From contig JANJGN010000030.1 of the NCBI GenBank assembly GCA_026770705.1, positions 1,364,001 to 1,428,000 of the forward strand: a stretch of DNA of 64,000 nucleotides. The letters are read 5' to 3'. Below the pieces are notes generated by a model. The model was not told the origin of the DNA and did no database searches. It saw only the letters and a program-made list of their open reading frames with translations. The position numbers were made by a program, and so were the translations under genes. Shown here piece after piece: positions 15,001-27,000 of the stretch. Origin of the DNA: Isurus oxyrinchus. Lineage: Eukaryota. Numbering within the stretch: position 1 is the first letter of the stretch; each line of letters starts with the position of its first letter.

Positions 15001-18000
15001 ACCCTCGGCGAGAGAGGAATCTGCCGGAACCTTCACGGAGAGCGGAGTCCATCGGAACCCTCACCGAGAGTGGAGTCCGCCGGAACTGGCGCCACGAGAG
15101 ACGTCTGCCAGAACCCTCGACGAGAGCAGAGACCGCCAGAAACCTCGCCGAGAGAGGAGTCCGCCAGAACACTCACTGAGAGAGGAGTCCGCCCGAACCC
15201 TCGCCGAGACAAGAGTCCAACGGAACCTTCGCCAAGGAAGGAGTCCACTGGAACCCTCTCCGAGAGAGGAGTCTGCTGGAACCCTCATCGAGAGAGGAGT
15301 CTGCTGGAACCCTCATCAAGAGATGAGTCCGCCGGAACCCTCACCGAGAGCGGAGTCCGACAGAATCTTCGGAGACCGAGAAGTCCACCGGTCTCTCGCC
15401 GGGAGAGGAGTCTGCCAGAAATCTCGCAGAGAAAGGAGTCTGCCGGAACCCTCGCCGATTGCGGAGTCCGCCTGAAACCTCGCCGAGAGAGGAGTCTGCC
15501 GGAACCCTCGCCGAGAGCTGAGTCCGCCTGAAACCTCGCTGAGACAGGAGTCTGCCGGAACCCTCACCGAGAGCGGAGTACACCGGAACCCTCGCTGAGA
15601 GAGGAGTCTGCCGGAAACCTCGCTGAGAGATGAGTCCGCCGGAACCCGCGCCGAGAGAGGAGTCCGCCAGAACCCTCGCCGAGGGAGGAGTCCACGAGAA
15701 CCCTCACCGAGAGAGGAATCTACCGGAAACCTCACTGAGGGCGAAGTCCACCGGAAACCTCGCTGAGGGAGAAGTCCACCGGAACTGTAGCGAAGAGAGG
15801 AGTCTGCAGGAACCCTCGCCGAGAGGCGAGTCTGCCGGAACCGTAGACGAGAGAGGAGTCCGCCGGAAGCCTTGCTGAGAAAGGAGTCTGCCGGATACCT
15901 CGCGGAGAGAGGAGTCCTCCAGAACCCTCGCCGAGAGAGGAGTCCGCCAGAAGCCTCGAAGAGCCAGGAGTCTACCGGAACCCTCACCGAGAGATGAGTC
16001 CGCTGGAAGCCTCACTGAGAGAGGAGTCCACCGGAAACCTCGCCAAGAAATGAGTCCGCCGGAAAACTCGCTGAAAGAGGAGTCTGCCAGAAACCTCACT
16101 GAGACAGGAGTCTGCCGGAAACCTCGCCGGGCGTGGAGTACACCAGTACCCTTGCAGACAGAGGAGTCCACCGGAAATCTCACCGAGACAGGTGTCCGCC
16201 AGAACCCTGGAAAAGGGAAGAGTCCAATGGAACCCTGGCCGAGAGACTAGTCCGTCAGAACCCTTGCTGAGAGAGGAGTCTGTCGGAACCCTTGCTGAGA
16301 GTGGAGTCCAGCGGAAACATCGCCGAAAGAGGAGTCCGGCGGAATCCTCTCTGAGAGCGGAGTACGCGGAAACCTTGCCGAGAGTATAGTCCACCCAACC
16401 CTCGCCTGGAGAGGAGTCTGCTGGAACCCTCACCGGGAGCGGAGTCCGCCTGAAACCTCGCTGAGACAGGTGTCTGACGGAACCCTTGCCGAGAGCGGAG
16501 TACACCGGAACCCTTGCAGAGAGAGGCGTCCGACGGAACCCTCACTGAGACAGGAGTCCGCTGGAACCCTCACCAGAGATTGTAGTCCGCCAGAACCCTC
16601 TCCTGGACAGGAGTCCACCAGAACTCTTGCCGAGACAGGAATGCACCGGAACCCTCGCCCAGAGAGGTGTCTGCAGGCACCCTGGTTGAGAGAAGAGTCC
16701 GCCGGAATCCTCACAGAGAGAGGAGTCTGCCGGAACACTCGTCGAGAGAGGAGTCCGCTGAAACCATCGCTGAGAGAGGAGTCCACTGGAACCCTCACCG
16801 AGACAGGAGTCTGCCGGAACCCTCGATGAGAGAGGAGTCCATCGGAACCCTCGCTGAGAGAGGAGTCCACAGGAATCCTCGCAGAGAGAGGAGTCTGTCG
16901 GAACCCATGCTGAGAGAGGAGTCCAACGGAACCCTCGCTGAGAGAGGAGTCCACAGGAACCCTCGCAGAGAGAGGAGTCTGCCGGAACCCTCACCAAGAG
17001 AGGAGTCCGCCAGAACCCTCGCCAAGAGCGGAGTCCAGCGGAAACATCGCCGAGAGAGGAGTCCGGCGGAAACCTCGCCGAGACAGGTGTCTGCCAGAAC
17101 CCTGGACAAGGGAAGAGTCCAATGGAACCCTCGCCGAGAGAGGAGTCCGTCGGAACCCTCGCTGAGAGAGGAGTCCGTTGGAACTCTCGCCGAGACAGGA
17201 GTGCACCAGAACCCTCGCCGTGAGTGGAGTCCAGCGGAAACATCGCCGAGAGAGGAGTCCGGCGGAAACCTCTCTGAGAGAGGAGTCCGCCGGAACCCTT
17301 GCCGAGAGCGGAGTCCGACAGAATCCTCGGAGACCGAGAAGTCCACCGGTCTCTCGCCGGGAGAGGAGTCTGCCAGAACTCTCGCAGAGAAAGGAGTCTG
17401 CCGGAACCCTCGCCGAGTGCAGAGTCCGCCTGAAACCTCGCCGAGAGAGGAGTCTGCCGGAACCCTCGCCGAGAGCGGAGTCCGCCTGAAACCTCGCTGA
17501 GACAGGAGTCTGCCGGAACCCTCGCCAAGAGAGGAGTCCGCCAGAAGCCTCACTGACACAGGAGTCTACCGGAACCCTCACCGAGAGCGGAGTACACCGG
17601 AACCCTCGCTGAGAGAGGAGTCTGCCGGAAACCTCGCCGAGAGATGAGTCCGCCGGAACCCGCGCCGAGAGAGGAGTCCGCCAGAACCCTCGCCGAGGGA
17701 GGAGTCCACGAGAACCCTCACCGAGACAGGAGTCTGCCGGAACCCTCGCCAAGAGAGGAGTCCGCCGGAAACCTCACTGACACAGGAGTCTACCGGAACC
17801 CTCACCGAGAGCGGAGTACACCGGAACCCTCGCTGAGAGAGGAGTCTGCCGGAAACCTCGCCGAGAGATGAGTCCGCCGGAACCCGCGCTGAGAGAGGAG
17901 TCCGCCGGAACCCACGCTGACAGAGGAGTCTGCCAGAAACCTCGCCGAGACAGGAGTCTACCGGAACCCTCGCCAAGAGAGGAGTCCGCCAGAACCCTCG

Positions 18001-21000
18001 CCGAGGGAGGAGTCCATGAGAACCCTCACCGAGAGAGGAATCTACCGGAAACCTCACTGAGGGCGAAGTCCACCGGAAACCTCGCTGAGGGAGAAGTCCA
18101 CCGGAACTGTAGCGAAGAGAGGAGTCTGCAGGAACCCTCGCCGAGAGGCGAGTCTGCCGGAACCATAGCCGAGAGAGGAGTCCGCCGGAAGCCTTGCTGA
18201 GAAAGGAGTCTGCCTGATACCTCGCGGAGAGAGGAGTCCTCCAGAACCCTCGCCGAGAGAGGAGTCCGCCAGAAGCCTCGCAGAGCCAGGAGTCTACCGG
18301 AACCCTCACCGAGAGATGAGCCCGCTGGAAGCCTCACTGAGAGAGGAGTCCACCGGAAACCTCACCAAGAAATGAGTCCGCCGGAAAACTCGCTGAAAGA
18401 AGAGTCTGCCAGAAACCTCACCGAGACAGGAGTCTACCGGAACCCTCACCGAGAGATGAGTCCGCTGGAAGCCTCACTGAGAGAGGAGTCCACCGGAAAC
18501 CTCGCCAAGAAATGAGTCCGCCGGAAAACTCGCTGAAAGAGGAGTCTGCCAGAAACCTCACTGAGACAGGAGTCTGCCGGAAACCTCGCCGGGCGTGGAG
18601 TACACCAGTACCCTTGCAGACAGAGGAGTCCACCGGAAACCTCACCGAGACAGGTGTCCGCCAGAACCCTGGAAAAGGGAAGAGTCCAATGGAACCCTGG
18701 CCGAGAGACTAGTCCGTCAGAACCCTTGCTGAGAGAGGAGTCTGTCGGAACCCTTGCTGAGAGTGGAGTCCAGCGGAAACATCGCCAAAAGAGGAGTCCG
18801 GCGGAATCCTCTCTGAGAGCGGAGTACGCGGAAACCTTGCCAAGAGTATAGTCCACCGAACCCTCGCCTGGAGAGGAGTCTGCTGGAACCCTCACCGGGA
18901 GCGGAGTCCGCCTGAAACCTCGCTGAGACAGGTGTCTGACGGAACCCTTGCCGAGAGCGGAGTACACCGGAACCCTTGCAGAGAGAGGCGTCCGACGGAA
19001 CCCTCACTGAGACAGGAGTCCGCTGGAACCCTCACCAGAGATTGTAGTCCGCCAGAACCCTCTCCTGGACAGGAGTCCACCAGAACTCTTGCCGAGACTG
19101 GAGTGCACCGGAACCCTCGCCCAGAGAGGTGTCTGCAGGCACCCTGGTTGAGAGAAGAGTCCGCCGGAATCCTCACAGAGAGAGGAGTCTGCCGGAACAC
19201 TCGTCGAGAGAGGAGTCCGCTGAAACCATCGTTGAGAGAGGAGTCCACCGGAACCCTCACCGAGACAGGAGCCTGCCGGAACCCTCGATGAGAGAGGAGT
19301 CCATCGGAACCCTCGCTGAGAGAGGAGTCCACAGGAACCCTCGCAGAGAGAGGAGTCTGTCGGAACCCATGCTGAGAGAGGAGTCCATCGGAACCCTCGC
19401 TGAGAGAGGAGTCCACAGGAACCCTCGCAGAGAGAGGAGTCTGCCGGAACCCTCACCGAGAGAGGAGTCCGCCAGAACCCTCGCCAAGAGTGGAGTCCGG
19501 CGGAAACATCGCCGAGAGAGGAGTCCGGCGGAAACCTCGCCGAGACAGGTGTCTGCCAGAACCCTGGACAAGGGAAGAGTCCAATGGAACCCTGGCCGAG
19601 AGAGGAGTCCGTCGGAACCCTCGCTGAGAGAGGAGTCCGTTGGAACTCTCGCCGAGACAGGAGTGCGCCAGAACCGTCGCCGAGAGTGGAGTCCAGCAGA
19701 AACATCGCCGAGAGAGGAGTCCGGCGGAAACCTCTCTGAGAGAGGAGTCCGCCTGAACCCTTGCCGAGAGCGGAGTCCGCCGGAAACCTCGCCGAGACAG
19801 GAGTCCGCCGGATCCCTGGCCAAGAGAAGAGTCCAACGGAACCCTGGCCGAGAGAGGAGTCCGTCAGAACCCTCGCAGAGACCGGAGTCCACCGGAAACC
19901 TCGCCGAGAGTGTAGTCCACCGGAACCTCGCCTGGAGAGGAGTCTGCCAGAACTCTCGCAGAGAGAGGAGTCCACCGGAACCCTCACCGAGAGATGGTTC
20001 TGCCGGAACACACGCCGAGAGAGGAGACTGCCGGAACAATCGCCAAAAGTGAGGCCCGTTGGAAACTCGCTGAAAAAGGAGTCTGCCGTAACCCTCGCCG
20101 AGAGATGAGTCCGCCGGAACCTTCACCTGGAAAGAGAAGTCCACCAGAACCCTCGCAGAGAGAAGAGTCTGCCGGAACCCTCGCCGAGAGCGGAGTCCTC
20201 CTGAAACCACACCGAGAGAGAAGTCCGCCGGAACCCACACCAAGAGACGAGTCCGCCGGAACCCTCGCTGAGAGAGGAGTGTACCAGAAAACTCACCGAG
20301 ACAGGAGTCTAACGGAACCCTCACCGAGAGAGGAGTCCGACCCAGGCTGAGAGATGAGTCCGCCGGAACCCTCGCCGAGAGAGGAGTCCGCCAGAAACCT
20401 CGCCAAGACAGGGGTCTACCGGAACCCTCACCGAGAGATGAGTCCGCTGGAAGCCTCACCGAGAGAGGAGTCCGCCAGAAACCTCGCCAAGAAATGAATC
20501 CGCCGGAACCCTCGCCGAGAGAGGAGTCTGCCAGAAACCTGACCGAGACAGGAGTCTTCCGGAACCCTCGCCGGGCGCACATTACACCAGAACCCTTGCA
20601 GAGAGAGGAGTCCAGCGGAACCTTCGCCAAGAGAGGAGTCTGCCGGAACCCTTGCTGAAAGAGGAGTCTGCTGGAACCCTCGCAGAGAGAGGAGTCTGCC
20701 GGAACCCTCACCGAGAGCGGAGTCCGACGGAATCCTCGGAGACCGAGAAGTCCACCGGACCCTCTCCGGGAGAGGAGTCTGCCAGAACTCTCGCAGAGAA
20801 AGGAATCTGCCGGAACCCTCGCCGAGAGCGAAGTCCGGCGGAAACATCGCCGAGAGAGGAGCCCGGCGGAAACCTCGCCGAGAGAGGAGTCTGCCGGAAC
20901 CCTCGCCGAGAGCGGAGTCCGCCATAAACCTTGCTGAGAGTGTAGTCCACCAGACCCTCGCCTGGAGAGGTGTCCGCCTGAAATCTCGCCGAGACAGGAG

Positions 21001-24000
21001 TGCGCCGGAACCCTTGCCCAGAGAGGTGTATGCAGGCACCCTGGTTGAGAGAAGAGTCCGCCTGAATCCTCGCAGAGAGAGGAGTCTGCCGGAACCCTCG
21101 CCAAGAGTGGAGTCCGCCGGATCCCTGGCCAAGAGAAGAGTCCAACGGAACCCTGGCCGAGAGAGGAGTCCATCAGAACCATCGCAGAGAGAGGAGTCCA
21201 CCGGAAACCTCGCCGTGAGTGTAGTCCACCGGAAACTCACCTGGAGAGGAGTCTGCCAGAACTCTCGCAGAGAGAGGAGTCCACCGGAACCCTCACCGAG
21301 AGATGGTTCTGCTGGAACACACGCCGAGAGAGGAGACTGCCGGAACACTCGCCGAAAGTGGGGCCCTTTGGAAACACGCCGAGAAAGGAGTCCGCCGTAA
21401 CCCTCGCCGAGGGATGAGTCCGCCGGAACCCTCGCTGAGAGAGGAGTGTACCAGAAAACTCGCCGAGACAGGGTCTAACGGAACCCTCACCGAGAGAGGA
21501 GTCCGCCGGAACCCAGGCTGAGAGATGAGTCCGCCGGAACCCTCACCGAGAGAGGAGTCCACCAGAAACCTCTCCGAGACAGGAGTCTACCGGAACCCTC
21601 ACTGAGAGATGAGTCTGCAGGAAGCCTCACCGAGAGAGGAGTCCGCCAGAAACCTCGCCAAGAAATGAATCCGCCGGAACCCTCGCCAAGAGAGGAGTCT
21701 GCCAGAAACCTGACTGAGACAGGAGTCTGCCGGAACCCTCGCCGGGCGCGCATTACACCAGAACCCTTGCAGAGAGACGAGTCCACCGGAAACCTCGCCG
21801 AGACAGGTGTCTGCCAGAACCCTGGACAAGGGAAGAGTCCAATGGAACCCTGGCCGAGCGAGGAGTCTGTCGGAACTCTCGCCGAGACAGGAGTGCGCCG
21901 GAACCCTCGCCGAGAGTGGAGTCCAGCGGAAACATCGCCGAGAGAGGAGTCCGGCGGAAACCTCTCTGAGAGAGGAGTCCGCCTGAACCCTCGCCGAGAG
22001 TGGAGTCCGCTGGAAACCTCACCGAGACATGAGTGCACTGGAACCCTCGATGGGAGAGGAATCTGCCGGAACACACGCCGAGAGAGGAGTCCGCCGGAAC
22101 CATCGCTGAGAGAGGAGTCCGCTGGAACTCTCAATGAAACAGGAGTGCGCCAGAACCCTCGCCGAGAGCGGAGTCCAGCGGAACCTTCGCCGAGAGAGGA
22201 GTCCGCCTGAAACCTCGCCGAGAGAGGAGTCCGCCAGAACCCTCGCCAAGAGAGGAGTCTGCCGGAACCCTTGCTGAAAAAGGAGTCTGCTGGAACCCTC
22301 GCAGAGAGAGGAGTCTGCTGGAACCCTCACCGAGAGCGGAGTCCGACGGAATCCTCGGAGACCGAGAAGTCCACCGGACCCTCTCCGGGAGAGGAGTCTG
22401 CCAGAACTCTCACAGAGAAAGGAATCTGCCGGAACCCTCGCCGAGAGCGAAGTCCGGCGGAAACATCGCCGAGAGAGGAGCCCGGCGGAAACCTCGCCGA
22501 GAGAGGAGTCTGCCGGAACCCTCGCCGAGAGCGGAGTCCGCCGTAAACCTTGCCGAGAGTGTAGTCCACCAGACCCTCGCCTGGAGAGGTGTCCGCCTGA
22601 AATCTCGCCGAGACAGGAGTGCGCCGGAACCCTTGCCCAGAGAGGTGTATGCAGGCACCCTGGTTGAGAGAAGAGTCCGCCTGAATCCTCGCAGAGAGAG
22701 GAGTCTGCCGGAACCCTCGCCAAGAGTGGAGTCCGCCAGATCCCTGGCCAAGAGAAGAGTCCAACGGAACCCTGGTCGAGAGAGGAGTCCATCAGAACCA
22801 TCGCAGAGAGAGGAGTCCACCGGAAACCTCGCCGTGAGTGTAGTCCACCGGAAACTCGCCTGGAGAGGAGTCTGCCAGAACTCTCGCAGAGAGAGGAGTC
22901 CACCGGAACCCTCACCGAGAGATGGTTCTGCCGGAACACACGCCGAGAGAGGAGACTGCCGGAACACTCGCCGAAAGTGGGGCCCTTTGGAAACACGCCG
23001 AGAAAGGAGTCCGCCGTAACCCTCGCCGAGAGATGAGTCCGCCGGAACCCTCGCTGAGAGAGGAGTGTACCAGAAAACTCGCCGAGACAGGGTCTAACGG
23101 AACCCTCACCGAGAGAGGAGTCCGCCGGAACCCAGGCTGAGAGATGAGTCCGCCGGAACCCTCGCCGAGAGAGGAGTCCACCAGAAACCTCACCGAGACA
23201 GGAGTCTACCGGAACCCTCACTGAGAGATGAGTCTGCAGGAAGCCTCACCAAGAGAGGAGTCCGCCAGAAACCTCGCCAAGAAATGAATCCGCCGGAACC
23301 CTCGCCAAGAGAGGAGTCTGCCAGAAACCTGACCGAGACAGGAGTCTGCCGGAACCCTCGCCGGGCGCGCATTACACCAGAACCCTTGCAGAGAGAGGAG
23401 TCCACCGGAAACCTCGCCGAGACAGGTGTCTGCCAGAACCCTGGACAAGGGAAGAGTCCAATGGAACCCTGGCCGAGCGAGGAGTCTGTCGGAACTCTCG
23501 CCGAGACAGGAGTGCGCCGGAACCCTCGCCGAGAGTGGAGTCCAGCTGAAACATCGCCGAGAGAGGAGTCCGGCGGAAACCTCTCTGAGAGAGGAGTCCG
23601 CCTGAACCCTCGCCGAGAGTGGAGTCCGCTGGAAACCTCGCCGAGACATGAGTGCACCGGAACCCTCGATGAGAGAGGAATCTGCCGGAACACACACCGA
23701 GAGAGGAGTCCGCCGGAACCATCGCTGAGAGAGGAGTCCGCTGGAAATCTCAATGAAACAGGAGTGCGCCAGAACCCTCGCCGAGAGCGGAGTCCAGCGG
23801 AACCTTCGCCGAGAGAGGAGTCCGCCTGAAACCTCGCCGAGAGAGGAGTCCGCCAGTACCCTCGCCAAGAGAGGAGTCTGCAGGAACCATTGCCGAAACA
23901 GGAGTCTGCCAGAACCCTCACCGAGAGCGGAGTCCGACGGAATCCTCGGAGACCGAGAAGTCCACCGGACCCTCGCCGGGAGAGGAGTCTGCCAGAACTC

Positions 24001-27000
24001 TCGCAGAGAAAGGAATCTGCCGGAACCCTCGCCAAGAGCGGAGTCCGCCTGAAACCTCGCCGAGAGAGGAGTCTGCCGGAACCCTCGCCGAGAGCGGAGT
24101 CGGCCTGAAACCTCGCTGAGACAGGAGTCTGCCGGAACCCTCGCCAAGAGAGGAGTCCGCCAGAAACCTCGCTGAGACAGGAGTCTACCGGAACCCTCAC
24201 CGAGAGCAGAGTACACCGGAACCCTCGCTGAGAGAGGAGTCTGCCGGAAACCTCGCCGAGAGATGAGTCCGCCGGAACCCAGGCCGAGAGAGGAGTCCGC
24301 CGGAACCCTCGCCAAGAGAGGAATCCGCCAGAACCCATCGCCGAGAGAGGAGCCCGCCAGAACCCTCACCGAGAGAGGAATCTACCAGAAACCTCGCTGA
24401 GGGCGAAGTCCACCGGAAACCTCGCTGAGGGAGAAGTCCACCGGAACTGTAGCGAAGAGAGGAGTCTGCAGGAACCCTCGCCGAGAGGCGAGTCTGCCGG
24501 AACCGTAGCCGAGAGAGGAGTCCGCCGGAACCCTTGCTGAGAAAGGAGTCTGCCAGATACATCGCGGAGAGAGGAGTCCACCAGAACCCTCGCCGAGAGA
24601 GGAGTCCACCAGAAGCCTCGCAGAGACAGGAGTCTACCGGAACCCTCGCCGAGAAATGAGTCCACCGGAAAACTCGCTGAAAGAGGAGTCTGCCAGAAAC
24701 CTCACCGAGACAGGAGTCTGCCGGAAACCTCGCCGGGCGTGGAGTACACCAGTACCCTTGCAGACAGAGGAGTCCACCGGAAACCTCACCGAGACAGGTG
24801 TGCGCCAGAACTCTGGAAAAGGGAAGAGTCCAATGGAACCCTGGCCGAGAGAGGAGTCCGTCAGAACCCTTGCTGAGAGAGGAGTCTGTTGGAACCCTCG
24901 CCGAGAGTGGAGTCCAGCGGAAACATCGCCGAGAGAGGAGTCTGGCGGAAACCTCTCTGAGAGCGGAGTACGCGGAAACCTTGCCGAGAGTGTAGTCCAC
25001 CGAACCCTCGCCTGGAGAGGAGTCTGCTGGAACCCTCACCAGGAGCGGAGTCCGCCTGAAACCTCGCCGAGACAGGTGTCTGACGGAACCTTTGCCGAGA
25101 GCGGAGTACACCGGAACCCTTGCAGGGAGAGGAGTCGGACGGAACCCTCACCGAGACAGTAGTCCGCCGGAACCCTCACCAGAGATTGTAGTCCGCCAGA
25201 ACCCTCTCCTGGAGAGGAGTCCGCCAGAACTCTTGCTGAGACAGGAGTGCGCCGGAACCCTCGCCCAGAGAGGTGTACGCAGGCACCCTGGTTGAGAGAA
25301 GAGTCCGCCGGAATCCTCGCAGAGAGAGGAGTCTGCCGGAACACTCGCCGAGAGCGGAGTCCGCTGAAACCATCGCTGAGAGAGGAGTCCACTGGAACCC
25401 TCACCGAGACAGGAGTCTGCCAGAACCCTCGATGAGAGAGGAGTCTGTCGGAACCCACGCTGAGAGAGGAGTCCATCGGAACCCTCGCTGAGAGAGGCGT
25501 CCACAGGAACCCTCGCAGAGAGAGGAGTCTGCCGGAACCCTCACCGAGAGAGGAGTCCGCCAGAACCCTCGCCAAGAGCGGAGTCCGGCGGAAACATCGC
25601 CGAGAGAGGAGTCCGGCGGAAACCTCACCGAGAGAGGAGTCTGCCAGAAACCTGACCGAGACAGGAGTCTGCCGGAACCCTCGCCGGGCGCGGAGTACAC
25701 CAGAACCCTTGCAGAGAGAGGAGTCCACCGGAAACCTCGCCGAGACAGGTGTCTGCCAGAACCCTGGACAAGGGAAGTGTCCAATGGAACCCTGGCTGAG
25801 AGAGGAGTCCGTCGGAACCCTCGCTGAGAGAGAAGTCCGTTGGAACTCTCGCCGAGACAGGAGTGCGCCGGAACCCTCGCCGAGAGTGGAGTCCAGCGGA
25901 AACATCGCCGAGAGAGGAGTCCGGCGGAAAACTCTCTGAGAGAGGAGTCCGCCTGAACCCTCGCCGAGAGCGGAGTCCGCCAGAAACCTCGCCGAGACAG
26001 GGGTCCGCCGGATCCCTGGCCAAGAGAAGAGTCCAACAGAACCCTGGCCGAGAGAGGAGTCCGTCAGAACCCTCGCAGAGACCGGAGTCCGCCGGAAACC
26101 TTGCCGAGAGTGTAGTCCACTGGACCCTCGCCTGGAGAGGAGTCCGCCAGAACTCTTGCAGAGAGAGGAGTCTGCTGGAACCCTCACTGAGAGCGGAGTC
26201 CATCAGAAACCTTGCCGAGACAGGAGTCCGCCGGAACCCTGGCCAGAGAAGAGTCCAACGGAACCCTGGCCAAGAGAGGAGTCCGATGGAAACCATGCCG
26301 AGAGAGGGGTCCAACAGAAACCTTGCCGAGAGTGTAGTCCACCGGACCCTCGCCTGGAGAGGTGTCTACCGGAACCCTCGCCGAGAGATGAGTCCGCCGG
26401 AACCCGCACCGAGAGGAGTCCGCCAGAACCCACGCTGAGAGAGGAGTCTGCCAGAAACCTCGTCGAGACAGGAGTCTACCGGAACCCTCGCCGAGAAAGG
26501 GTTCCGCCGGAAACCTCGCCGAGACAGGAGTCTACCGGAACCCTCACCGAGAGATGAGTCCGCTGGAAGCCTCACTGAGAGAGGAGTCCACCGGAAACCT
26601 CACCAAGAAATGAGTCCGCCGGAAAACTCACTGAAAGAGGAGTCTGCCAGAAACCTCACCGAGACAGGAGTCCGCTGGAAACCTCGCCGGGAGTGGAGTA
26701 CACCAGTACCCTTGCAGACAGAGGAGTCCACCGGAAATTTCACCGAGACAGGTGTCCGCCAGAACCCTGGAAAAGGGAAGAGTCCAATGGAACCCAGGCC
26801 GAGAGAGTAGTCCGTCAGAACCCTTGCTGAGAGAGGAGTCTGTCGGAACCCTTGCTGAGAGTGGAGTCCAGCGGAAACATCGCCGAAAGAGGAGTCCGGC
26901 GGAATCCACTCTGAGAGCGGAGTACACGGAAACCTTGCCGAGAGTGTAGTCCACCGAACCCTCGCCTGGAGAGGAGTCTGCTGGAACCCTCACCGGGAGC

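Noticed and set aside
16070-16100. Hammerhead ribozyme within the satellite (ctgaaagagg..gaaac)
   Set aside because: No CUGANGA box and no proper stem II.
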